From a virus (lineage: Duplodnaviria; Caudoviricetes), in the IMG/VR virus record IMGVR_UViG_3300005532_000244, positions 1,365 to 65,364 of that record: a stretch of 64,000 nucleotides of DNA; one strand, given 5' to 3'. The notes below the pieces were generated by a model. The model was not told where the DNA came from and ran no database searches. It worked only from the letters and a program-made list of their open reading frames with translations. Shown in pieces: positions 28,348 through 37,324 of the stretch; the first letter of the stretch is position 1, and every line of letters starts with the position of its first letter. Both the position numbers and the translations under genes were made by a program.

Positions 28348-30744
28348 ATGGCTGTAGCGGTCGAAGGCGGCGCCCGGAAGGACATCGCCACGGCAGGATC
28401 GGTCTCGTCGCTCTCTGGCGCATCGAAGACGTACACGAACGGCGTCGTCTATCTGGTCTGGGTGACGAGTTGGATCAGCAGCGGCGCGCCGGCTGCCCCG
28501 TCGAGCGTGACGGTCGGGACGATGACGTTCGCGAAGGTCACTAGCTCCGATCATGTCTTCGAGATCGCTAATGCAGCCTCCGACTGTCGGCAGACGCTCT
28601 GGGCCGCCGTCGGTGACGGCAGCACAGGCGCGCTCACGGTCAGCTGGGGCGGCGTCACACAGAGCGCGGCGTTCTTCGAGGTCGCCGGGTTCACGGGCGC
28701 GAAGACAACGAACGGCGGCCTCGATGCCGTACGCCAGGTCGTGTCCGGGCAAAACAGCACGGCGAACGCCTCCGTGACGCTCGCCGCGCTCCAGGACGCC
28801 AACTCAATGGTGTGCGGCCACGTCGCTTTGCAGACAACGAGCGCATTGTCCGCAGGCTCAGGCTTCACAGCGTTTTCGCAGTTCGGTATTTCCGGGCTGA
28901 CGAACGGCAAGGAGCATTCCGAGTACGAATCCAACGTCACAGCCGTGGCGTGGTCGAACTCCGCGCCCGCAGTGAACTGGGGCGCGATTGCATGGGAGGT
29001 CGCAGCCCCCACGGGCGCGAAGACGCAGACGCTCGCCGGGCAGGAGTCCGAAACCGCGGCGGAGCGTCGCGCGGTTGGGCACAAGGCGGCGGGTTCGGAG
29101 TCGCAGGCGGCGAAGGAAGGCCGCGCGGTCACGCACAAGTGGATGGTCGCGCAAGGACAGCAGGCGCGCGCAATACGAGGCCGGTTCTTGAGGGAACTGC
29201 TCGCGTTCATCGTCCGCGTCGCGAAGCCAGGCGCGATCCAGCATCTCGTCCAGGCGATCACCGCGACCGAAGGCCAGGCCGCGCAGCTTGTGCGCGCGAC
29301 ACGGATCCGTCGCCTCTGGACGGTCGCGGTCGCCCGGCCGGGCAGCCACCTGCTCACCTCGCTGCTCGCAACCGTCGGCGAGACCGGCAGCCTCCGACGC
29401 AACGCCCGCGCGTTCAAACGCTGGACGGTGACACTCGCCGCGAACATCGCGAAAAGCCGCAAAGCACAGATCCTCGCGTTCGCGGAAACCGCCGCCGCGA
29501 CGCTCCGCCGCCGCACCGCAACAACGAAACGCGTCACCGTCGGCGACACCGCACGGCTCGTCCGGCACCCGGGCAAAACGTTCCTGCTGATCCTGAACGG
29601 GATCCCGCCGCTGATGGCCGGCGGCGTCCAGGTCGGCGCCCGCTTCAGCCGCCGTGTGACGCACCGGGCGGCGACGGTGCAGCAGGCGCTGCTCGCCGGC
29701 TACGCGACGGTCAAGACGTCGTTCGCGCAGCACTTCACGCAGGCGGTGCAGGCGACCGAGGTGACCGTGAAGCGGTTCGCGCGCAGCGCCCGCGTGTCGC
29801 GGAGGTTCACGATCGCCGAGAGCCCGCGGGCAAGACGCGCCGCGCAGCTCGCGCGCTCGGTGGTGCAGGGCAGCCGTGCCGTCGCGGCGCGCGCGGCGCG
29901 CGTCCCGGTCACGGTTGCAGTCTCGACAGCCTCGACGGTCGCCCGGCGCGTGCAGGCGATCCGGGCGGTCGCGCTCGGCGTCGGCCCCATGATCACGAAG
30001 ACGATCCGCGTCCCGTTGCGGGCCTCGGTGAGCCGCGCGGTGACGTTCACGAAGTTCATCCCGCACCGGATCGCCACCACGGTCGGCGACACCACCACCC
30101 TCCGCCGGTTCTCGCCGCGGACACTTGCCGCCACGGTGTTTGCGCCGGCGACGCTGCGGCGGCGGACGGCGAAGGCGGTGCGGTGGGTTGAGACAGTCCG
30201 GCCGCAGGCGACCCTGCAGAACACGAAGCTGATCGTGCTCGCCGCGGTCGAAGGGCTCGGCACAGTGTTCGCGCGCGCGTCCCGGCACAGAAGCCCCGCC
30301 ACCGAGGTCGCCCAGCCGACGCTCAGCCGTGGCGTACGGATCTCGCGGCGCGTCGCGCAGGCGACGGCGGGCGGCTACCGGCGCGCAGGCGGGGCGGTCA
30401 TCTCAGTCGCCGTCTCCGCGCAGGCACTGCTGCGGCGCGCGAGCGCCCATGCGGAAGCCGCCCAGCTCGCCGAGACCGCCACCGCCGGCAAGCAGGTCGG
30501 CGGGGTCACACTCGCTGGCCGCATCGCGCAGACTGCTGTGTATCGGCGCGGGTTCAGGGTCGCGATCCGGGCGCTCGAGCGGCCGGTCTCGGCGCTTCTG
30601 ACGCTGCTGCAGCGCGTGTTCCGGCAGATCACCGTCATCCCTGGCACCCCGTACCTCGACTGGCAAGCCGGCGCCGCGTCCACTGACTGGGCGGTCTCCG
30701 CCGCAACCGGCAACTGGCAGACCGGAACTCCGTACCTGAGCTGA
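28348..30744 (+). CDS. Virion protein: N-terminal beta-sandwich plus long Arg-rich ~18-aa repeat region
   Basis: AGGAG RBS; ~54-bp periodicity from 29026 to ~30610. Confidence 0.8.
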   Translation: MAVAVEGGARKDIATAGSVSSLSGASKTYTNGVVYLVWVTSWISSGAPAAPSSVTVGTMTFAKVTSSDHVFEIANAASDCRQTLWAAVGDGSTGALTVSWGGVTQSAAFFEVAGFTGAKTTNGGLDAVRQVVSGQNSTANASVTLAALQDANSMVCGHVALQTTSALSAGSGFTAFSQFGISGLTNGKEHSEYESNVTAVAWSNSAPAVNWGAIAWEVAAPTGAKTQTLAGQESETAAERRAVGHKAAGSESQAAKEGRAVTHKWMVAQGQQARAIRGRFLRELLAFIVRVAKPGAIQHLVQAITATEGQAAQLVRATRIRRLWTVAVARPGSHLLTSLLATVGETGSLRRNARAFKRWTVTLAANIAKSRKAQILAFAETAAATLRRRTATTKRVTVGDTARLVRHPGKTFLLILNGIPPLMAGGVQVGARFSRRVTHRAATVQQALLAGYATVKTSFAQHFTQAVQATEVTVKRFARSARVSRRFTIAESPRARRAAQLARSVVQGSRAVAARAARVPVTVAVSTASTVARRVQAIRAVALGVGPMITKTIRVPLRASVSRAVTFTKFIPHRIATTVGDTTTLRRFSPRTLAATVFAPATLRRRTAKAVRWVETVRPQATLQNTKLIVLAAVEGLGTVFARASRHRSPATEVAQPTLSRGVRISRRVAQATAGGYRRAGGAVISVAVSAQALLRRASAHAEAAQLAETATAGKQVGGVTLAGRIAQTAVYRRGFRVAIRALERPVSALLTLLQRVFRQITVIPGTPYLDWQAGAASTDWAVSAATGNWQTGTPYLS

Positions 30745-30754
30745 GGCGACCGCC

Positions 30755-31048
30755 GTGCAGATGTCCATGCTCGACACCCGGTACCTCAACGTGCCGGTCA
30801 CGGTGTCGAAGAATCCGACCAACGACGTCGTCCAATTCGCGTTCAAGATCGGCCCGTCGCGGCCGTCGAACTCTGACTGGCAGACAGGTGCGTGGCAGAC
30901 GCCCGAATCGCCGTATGTCGCGCAGCTGCTGATCGGCCCGGAGAACGGCGGCTACGTGCTCGCGCCCGGCATCTACGCGATCTGGCTGAAGATAATCGAC
31001 AATCCCGAGATCCCCGTGCTGACGGTCGGGTCGCTGACGATCTTCTGA
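30755..31048 (+). CDS. Small Ig-like (BppU-N-like) adaptor protein
   Basis: AQLLIGP..LAPGIYAIWLKIIDNPEIPV. Confidence 0.7.
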   Translation: MQMSMLDTRYLNVPVTVSKNPTNDVVQFAFKIGPSRPSNSDWQTGAWQTPESPYVAQLLIGPENGGYVLAPGIYAIWLKIIDNPEIPVLTVGSLTIF

Positions 31049-31635
31049 TGAGCGTCACGCTCACAGTCGCGGTACCGACGCTCGGCCGCTCAAGCCTGGC
31101 ACGGACGCTTGCGCCGATCGCGCGCGCGGTCGGCCCCGACGACGCAGTGCTCGTGATGGCCGACGGCGGCGGCGACGTCGCCGCGGCCCGGTTCATCTAC
31201 CGGGAGGTCGCGACGCGGAACTGGCGGTTTGAGGTGCTCCCGTCGAGTCCGTGGGGGCAGGCGCACCGCAACTGGGCGCTCCAGCAGGCGGAGACGACGC
31301 ACGTGTGGTCGCTCAACGATGACGACACACCGACGTCGGCCGCGGTCGCCGCGATCCGCGCGCACGCCCACCCACGGCGGGCGACGATCTTCAAGGCGCG
31401 GTTCCCCGACGGCACGAGCTTCTGGGGGCAGCCCGCCGAGTATCGCGAGCCGGTGATTTGGCGTGACCCGTCTGTCCGGCTCGGCAACGTCGACGCCGCG
31501 ATGATCGTCGCGCCGGCGGGTTGCGCGTCGCGGTGGGGTGAGCGGTACGAGGGCGACTTCGACTTCGCGGCCGCGCTCGTCGACGAGTTCGGCGCGCCGG
31601 TGTGGCGCGACGAAACGGTCGTTCTCAAAGGCTGA
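31048..31635 (+). CDS. Glycosyltransferase (GT-A/GT2-like)
   Basis: VAVPTLGRSSL, WGQAHRN, LNDDD (DxD), YEGDFDF. Confidence 0.8.
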   Translation: MSVTLTVAVPTLGRSSLARTLAPIARAVGPDDAVLVMADGGGDVAAARFIYREVATRNWRFEVLPSSPWGQAHRNWALQQAETTHVWSLNDDDTPTSAAVAAIRAHAHPRRATIFKARFPDGTSFWGQPAEYREPVIWRDPSVRLGNVDAAMIVAPAGCASRWGERYEGDFDFAAALVDEFGAPVWRDETVVLKG

Positions 31636-32153
31636 TGCACGTCGTCGTCGGCTACACGAACCTCCGCCCGGAGGTTCAAGAGGCGCTGGACCGCCACGCC
31701 GCCGCCGTCGAGGTCGTCTACCAGGACTGCGCCCACTCGAACGAGACCTACCACGATCTCCTCGACGAGCACTGGCAGGCCGGCACCGACTTCGCCGTTG
31801 TCGAGCACGACATCGTCATCGACGAGCGCGTCGTCCCCACGTTTGAGCGCTGCCCGGAGCCGTGGTGCGGCTTCGGCTACGAGCTTGCCGTCGGCTACCG
31901 CGTCGCGCTCGGGTGCACCCGCTTCCGCGCCGCGCTCATGGACGCGGTGCCCGATCTGTTCGAGCTCACACAGACCGAGACGCAATCCGGTGTGCCGCGG
32001 AAGGCGTGGTACCGGCTCGACGCCCGCGTCGACCAGATCTTGCGCGAGCACGGCTACACGCCGCACCTGCACATGCCGCCCGTGAAGCACTTGAACGCGG
32101 TGCAGCGGCTCGCCGAACCCGTTCCCGTGTATGCCGCCGGAGAGGACCGCTGA
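31635..32153 (+). CDS. Glycosyltransferase-like protein
   Basis: FAVVEHDIV, LGCTRF, WYRLD, terminal VKH. Confidence 0.65.
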   Translation: MHVVVGYTNLRPEVQEALDRHAAAVEVVYQDCAHSNETYHDLLDEHWQAGTDFAVVEHDIVIDERVVPTFERCPEPWCGFGYELAVGYRVALGCTRFRAALMDAVPDLFELTQTETQSGVPRKAWYRLDARVDQILREHGYTPHLHMPPVKHLNAVQRLAEPVPVYAAGEDR

Positions 32154-34318
32154 TGCACGACGTCGACCTGACTCCCGACCTCTACTTCGCCGCGGAGATC
32201 GTCAAGGCCGAGACGCAGCCCGACGGGTCGGTGCTCGTCTACGGCTGCCCCGCGAACCCCGAGACGCTCGACAACGACGACCAGATCGCCGACGCCGGCT
32301 GGCTGAAGGAGGCGCTGCCCGCGTGGTTCCACTCGTACGGGAACCTGCGCGAGATGCACCAGCCGTCCGCGGTCGGGACGGCGAAGAAACTCACCTGGGC
32401 CGACGACAAGCCGGAGATCGTCGCGAAGGTCGTCGACCCGATCGCCGCGAAGAAGGTGCGCGAGGGCGTCTACAAGGCCTTCTCGATCGGCGTCCAAAAG
32501 CCCGAACTCGCCTACGACCGCAACGCCGCGGGCGGCCGGATCGTCGGCGGGAAGATCGTCGAGACCTCGCTGGTCGACCGGCCGTCGATCCCGGGTTCCG
32601 ACATCGCGTCGTTCAAGGCCGCGGTGCAGTCGGGCTTCATGCTCTGCAAGGCCGTCGGTGTGAACGAGTGGCTCGACACGCAGATGGGCGTCGTGCTCGA
32701 AGACACCGCGAAGGCCTCGGAGGCGGACGTCGAGAAGCGCGACTTCGATCGCAACGTCGGCGGTGGCGTCGACCGCGATCAACTCCCGGCCGAGGACTTC
32801 GCCGGTCGGAACCGCAGTTTCCCGATCGACAAGCCGGGCGACGTCTCAGACGCCGCGTCGAGCATCGGTCGGGCGGGCGAGGACAACTACTCGCCCGAGC
32901 AGTTGAAGGAAAACATCATCCGGATCGCCCGACGCAAGGGACCGGCCTACGTCGCCGAGTTGCCCGAGTCGTGGAAGGGCGACGGCGACAAGGCCGCCAG
33001 CGTCGACGACGGGAAGTCCGTCGAGGCGCCGATCGACAGCGCGAAGGAGGCATCACCCACGATGAACGACGAGAAGACCGTCGACGCCGAGAAGGGCGTG
33101 GACAGCGACTTCGCCGGCGGCGAGAAGGCGGCTGAGGCGGAGACGTCGAAGGGCGACGATCGCGAAGACACCGACCTCGGCGAGACCGCGAAGACCGACG
33201 AGGCCGACGAGGCCGACAAGAGCGACGAGGCGGAGAAGCTCGCCGAGCTCGCGAAGGACGCGTCGGCGTACTGCCCGAAGTGCGCGTCGCTGCAGAAGGT
33301 CGCGGACGGCCGGCTCGAAAAGATCGGTGCCGTCGACGTGCTGCTCGGAAAGTGCGACGCCGGCCACGAGCTGCGCAAGGTGCTGCAGACGCCGTTGACC
33401 AAGAGCGACGACGCGGAGAAGAGCGGCGACGCCGAGAAGGCCGACGACGCGGAGAAGAGCGACGAGATCGCCAAGGACAGCACGATGAACGACTCCGATC
33501 TCGGCGCCGACGCCGACGGTGACGATGACGGCGACAAGTCCGCCGGCAGCGACGCGGAGAAGGCGCTCGCCGCGGCGGTCGAGAAGGTCGACGACGAAGC
33601 GGTCAAGGCCGCGGTCGCCGAACTGCTCAAGGACGCCGGCATCGACCTTGGCAAGGTAGGCCGCAAGATGAAGCAGCAGCGGCTCGATCGGCTCACCGCC
33701 GCGATCGGCGAGCTGTCGGAGCTCGCGAAGGAGCTCACCGCCGACCCGGCCGGCGAGAAGGCCGCGAACGTTGGCGGCCCGACGCAGACCGACGGCGGCT
33801 CGAACCTCGCCGCGACGCGGTTCGTGTCGTGCCTGCGCACGGTGAACGAGCTCGCGCGGCTGCTCGCACCCGGCGACGGCGACTTCGGTCTCTCGACCGA
33901 CGGCGCCGACACCCAGCTCGACGACACCGTCGCCGCGCCGATCCGGATCAAGGACCGGATCAACACGAACAGTGACGGCAAGGCCGTCACCCCTGATCTG
34001 ACGAAGGCGGAGATCATCGACGAGGCAACCAAGCTCGTCGCGCCCGAGCTCGCGAAGTCGGTCGCTCAGGAGATCGGCAGGGCGTTCAGCCCGCTGGTGG
34101 AGCGGCTCGAGAAGGTCGAGCACACGCTAGTGCCGGCGCGGCCGCCCGTCCTGATCGAGGCTGACCGCCGACACGTCTTGAACGCCGACGCGACGAAGGC
34201 GGCCGAGCAGGAGGAGGCGCTGAAGGCCGACCTCGAGAAGTCGCTCGGCGGGCTCAGCGACCAGCAGCGCGAGCAGGTGCTCGCGTTCGCGCTGTCGCAG
34301 TCGCGCCGCGGCCGCTAG
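32153..34318 (+). CDS. Prohead protease (HK97-type) fused to DUF6582-like domain and acidic scaffold
   Basis: LREMHQ, YKAFSIG, ETSLVDRP; RSFPIDKPGDV; long D/E/K/A-rich scaffold. Confidence 0.88.
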   Translation: MHDVDLTPDLYFAAEIVKAETQPDGSVLVYGCPANPETLDNDDQIADAGWLKEALPAWFHSYGNLREMHQPSAVGTAKKLTWADDKPEIVAKVVDPIAAKKVREGVYKAFSIGVQKPELAYDRNAAGGRIVGGKIVETSLVDRPSIPGSDIASFKAAVQSGFMLCKAVGVNEWLDTQMGVVLEDTAKASEADVEKRDFDRNVGGGVDRDQLPAEDFAGRNRSFPIDKPGDVSDAASSIGRAGEDNYSPEQLKENIIRIARRKGPAYVAELPESWKGDGDKAASVDDGKSVEAPIDSAKEASPTMNDEKTVDAEKGVDSDFAGGEKAAEAETSKGDDREDTDLGETAKTDEADEADKSDEAEKLAELAKDASAYCPKCASLQKVADGRLEKIGAVDVLLGKCDAGHELRKVLQTPLTKSDDAEKSGDAEKADDAEKSDEIAKDSTMNDSDLGADADGDDDGDKSAGSDAEKALAAAVEKVDDEAVKAAVAELLKDAGIDLGKVGRKMKQQRLDRLTAAIGELSELAKELTADPAGEKAANVGGPTQTDGGSNLAATRFVSCLRTVNELARLLAPGDGDFGLSTDGADTQLDDTVAAPIRIKDRINTNSDGKAVTPDLTKAEIIDEATKLVAPELAKSVAQEIGRAFSPLVERLEKVEHTLVPARPPVLIEADRRHVLNADATKAAEQEEALKADLEKSLGGLSDQQREQVLAFALSQSRRGR

Positions 34319-34397
34319 CACCGCGCTTCGTCTCTCACACCACCCAAACCAAAGGCCGCCCGCCGGGCGGTCTTTCCATGAACGGAGTGATGACACA

Positions 34398-35858
34398 GTG
34401 AATGCAGTTCCGCAGGAGCTGCGCGAGACCGTCGAGATGCTCAAGGGCGTCTACGCGGACCCGTCGTCCAAGCAGAGCATGGACGTCGCGGACATCGCGA
34501 AGACGTTCGGGCTCTCGTCGGGCTTCCAGCCCTACAACCTCGCACCGTACGCGGTCATCTTGCAGCCCGTCTTCAGCCCGATCCGGAACCGGCTCGCGCG
34601 GCTGAAGGGGCAGGGCAAGATGGCCGAGTTCAAGGCTGTCACCTCGGTCGACACCTCCGGTGCGACCGGTGTCGCGGCCGAGGGCAGCGTCGCGTCCACG
34701 ATCGCGACGCAGTTCGCCGACGTGCAGATCAGCTTCGCGTCGTACGGGCTCGCGTCTGACCCGGTCACCTATGAGCAGTTGTGGGCGGGCCAGGGCAAGG
34801 CCGGCGACTTCGACATCGACAGCCGCGCGCTGTCGGTCGCGAACCTGCTCAAGGCGCTGATGAACGCCGAGGAGAAGCTGATCATGTTCGGCCTCGGCCC
34901 GGCGTCGCAGATCACCACGAGCGGCGGGGACAGCTGGACGTTCGGCGGTCTCGTCGGCACCCCGAGCTCGCCGACGCTCACCGCAGGCACCTCGGGCACG
35001 ATGACCGGCACCGTCTACGTCAAGCAGACGGTCGTCACCGGCATGGGCGAGAGCCTGCCGTCGACGGCGGCGTCGAACGCGTTCGGCACCGCATCGAACG
35101 GGTCGCTGGCGATCACGCCGGTCGCGCCGTCGAACAAGCCGGTGCTGGGGTACAACATCTACCTCTCCACCGACAACGTCACGTACCACAAGTACACGCC
35201 GGCAACCGCACAGGCGAACGGGTACTCGACCAACGGCGCGCCGATCACCGTCACCGCGGTGCCCGGCTCGGGTGCGGCGCCTCCGACGGTCGACACGTCC
35301 GGCTCGTCGAACGCGTTCAACGGCATCTGGTCGTACATGTTCGCGGGTGGCTCCGGCGCGACGCTGTCGGCGCAGAACGCGCAGCTCACCTCGCTGACGC
35401 CGCTCGACAGCCTCTTCGAGAGCATCTGGAACGCGGCGTTCGGCGACCCGGACGACATCTGGTGCAACAGCCACGAGATCCGGACGCTCACGAACCTCAC
35501 CGTCGGCTCCGGCAACCCGTACTACCTGCAGTACGCGCCGGCGCAGCAGAGCGACGTGATCGGCCGGTACCGCATCTCGCGGTACACGAACCAGGTCACG
35601 GGCAAGGTGCTGCCGATCTCGGTGCATGCGTGGCTGCCGCAGGGCTCGATCCTCACCACCTCGACGCAGCTGCCGGCGTGGTATGTCGGCAACAACGTGC
35701 CGTCGGTGTGGGCGATGGAGCTCACGCAGGACTACGTCGAGATCGACTACGAGCCCACCCGGACGGCGCCGACGTGGCAGTCCGAGATCCGCTGCTTCGG
35801 CGGTCTCAAGTGCCACGTCCCGTCGGTGAACGGGCTGCTCTACGCGATCACGCCGTAG
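34398..35858 (+). CDS. Major capsid protein with inserted FN3/Ig-like domain
   Basis: Follows protease; PIRNRLAR, AEEKLIMFG, PDDIWCN, VHAWLPQG. Confidence 0.85.
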   Translation: MNAVPQELRETVEMLKGVYADPSSKQSMDVADIAKTFGLSSGFQPYNLAPYAVILQPVFSPIRNRLARLKGQGKMAEFKAVTSVDTSGATGVAAEGSVASTIATQFADVQISFASYGLASDPVTYEQLWAGQGKAGDFDIDSRALSVANLLKALMNAEEKLIMFGLGPASQITTSGGDSWTFGGLVGTPSSPTLTAGTSGTMTGTVYVKQTVVTGMGESLPSTAASNAFGTASNGSLAITPVAPSNKPVLGYNIYLSTDNVTYHKYTPATAQANGYSTNGAPITVTAVPGSGAAPPTVDTSGSSNAFNGIWSYMFAGGSGATLSAQNAQLTSLTPLDSLFESIWNAAFGDPDDIWCNSHEIRTLTNLTVGSGNPYYLQYAPAQQSDVIGRYRISRYTNQVTGKVLPISVHAWLPQGSILTTSTQLPAWYVGNNVPSVWAMELTQDYVEIDYEPTRTAPTWQSEIRCFGGLKCHVPSVNGLLYAITP

Positions 35859-35875
35859 CCGCAGGCCTGAAGGAT

Positions 35876-35950
35876 CCTCGGCGAACACGAAAACTCGTTT
35901 CGCTGGGGTATGTGGGGTCCGGCTCGCTTGGCGGCAGGGCCGGACCCCAC
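35876..35950 (+). terminator. Double hairpin after capsid gene (terminator/mRNA stabiliser)
   Basis: Stem 35876-35908 and perfect 12-bp stem GTGGGGTCCGGC/GCCGGACCCCAC. Confidence 0.6.
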
Positions 35951-35994
35951 TCGAACTCGCGCCGCCATCCACACATTCGAGAGAGAGGCGACAG

Positions 35995-36228
35995 GTGGCT
36001 CGCACCCAGTTGATCGGCGTCGATGACGGCTGCAAGGGGCTCGAGACGCCTGACGGCCGCGTGTTCCCGGTCAACGGGAACGTGGCCGAGCTGCCGGCCG
36101 GCGAGGCCAGGAACTTCCTCGACTCCGGGGCGCCGAACCTGCATAGGCATAGGCGGGTCCGGCACGGCTGGTCGCCGTCGATCGAGCGCGGCTACGAGTT
36201 CGCGTTCGGGAAGGGAGCAAACGACTGA
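35995..36228 (+). CDS. Hypothetical virion-associated protein
   Basis: GAGG RBS, after capsid gene. Confidence 0.6.
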   Translation: MARTQLIGVDDGCKGLETPDGRVFPVNGNVAELPAGEARNFLDSGAPNLHRHRRVRHGWSPSIERGYEFAFGKGAND

Positions 36229-36659
36229 TGTTTCTCAAGAGTCCAGATCCCACCGCATACGCGGTGACGATGGGTGGCCGCGTCTACCCGGTCCGCGACG
36301 GCGTGTTCCTCGTCGATCGAGAGGTCGCGCCGGAGCTGACGGCGTCGTTCGAGCCGGCGGACAACGTGCGCGAGGATCTCGCGCAGGAGCTCGTCGAGCT
36401 CGGGTCGAGCGAGGCGGAGCGGGTCCGCGAGACGTCGGCGCGAGCGGAGGTCGACGGCGCGCCGGGCGCGACCGTCGATCTGTCGCCGCTGCACGAGAGG
36501 ATCGAGGCGGCGCACGACCGAATCGGCGAGCTCGAGCACCGGCTCGCAGAGCATCTCGCCACGCACACCGACGAGCCGAAGGACGCCGTCGCCGACACGG
36601 CGGCCAGCGACGAGCCCGGCGAGCAGCCTGCCGGCAAGAGCAAGGCCGCGAAGAAGTAG
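36228..36659 (+). CDS. Hypothetical virion-associated protein
   Basis: TGATG coupling; coiled coil. Confidence 0.65.
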   Translation: MFLKSPDPTAYAVTMGGRVYPVRDGVFLVDREVAPELTASFEPADNVREDLAQELVELGSSEAERVRETSARAEVDGAPGATVDLSPLHERIEAAHDRIGELEHRLAEHLATHTDEPKDAVADTAASDEPGEQPAGKSKAAKK

Positions 36660-36698
36660 CCGCGGCTGCAGGTTCCGTCCGCAGAGGGACGGATGGCA

Positions 36699-36737
36699 GG
36701 GAGCGCCCGGCCGACCCCTACGGGCGCTCCCCAAAAA
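36699..36737. terminator. Intrinsic terminator-like hairpin (U-tract on minus strand)
   Basis: GGGAGCGCCCG-N11-CGGGCGCTCCC-C-AAAAA. Confidence 0.55.
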
Positions 36738-36742
36738 CCGAG

Positions 36743-37051
36743 ATGACGCACTGGTTCATGTCGCTGTCGATCGCGCGGCGCACCGCGCTCGTGTACGGGC
36801 TCGTGCTCGCCGGCTGGCTGTTCGGGCTCGAGCTGCCGGCCCGGTTCGGGCTGCTGCCGATCCTGACGTTGACCGGGGACGTGCGCGCCGCGATCCAGTG
36901 GTGGCACGTGCTCGGGTTCGAGCTCGCGGTCTTCTTCGTCGTGCTGTACGGCCACTTCGACGCGGGCTGGCGGGTGCGCTGGCTGATCTTGAGCGCGGCA
37001 GTGGTTGTGGCGTCGGCCGGCATCCACGCGTTCACGGTCACGCGGCCGTGA
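36743..37051 (+). CDS. Multi-pass membrane protein
   Basis: Three hydrophobic segments. Confidence 0.6.
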   Translation: MTHWFMSLSIARRTALVYGLVLAGWLFGLELPARFGLLPILTLTGDVRAAIQWWHVLGFELAVFFVVLYGHFDAGWRVRWLILSAAVVVASAGIHAFTVTRP

Positions 37052-37320
37052 AGGGGAAGCGTCTGCCGGACGGTGAGGAGCCGAAGAACGCGGGCGAGTA
37101 CGCGTGGATTCCGTACTCGACGTGGCGGTTCAGGCCGTCGTTTCTGCGCGGTGAGGGCGAGTGGCATCTCGTCGCGCCGGATGGCCGGATCGGTGCGATC
37201 CGCAACGGGTCGCATACGTGGGTTGAGGATCCCGACGGGGCGGTGACGTTCTCGCCGTCGCTGGTGATGCCGTCGGGCTGGCACGGCTTCCTCGAGCACG
37301 GCGTCTGGCGGGAGTGCTGA
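37048..37320 (+). CDS. DUF6527-like protein
   Basis: DGAVTFSPSLV..WHGFLEHGVW. Confidence 0.7.
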   Translation: MKGKRLPDGEEPKNAGEYAWIPYSTWRFRPSFLRGEGEWHLVAPDGRIGAIRNGSHTWVEDPDGAVTFSPSLVMPSGWHGFLEHGVWREC

Positions 37321-37324
37321 GCGA

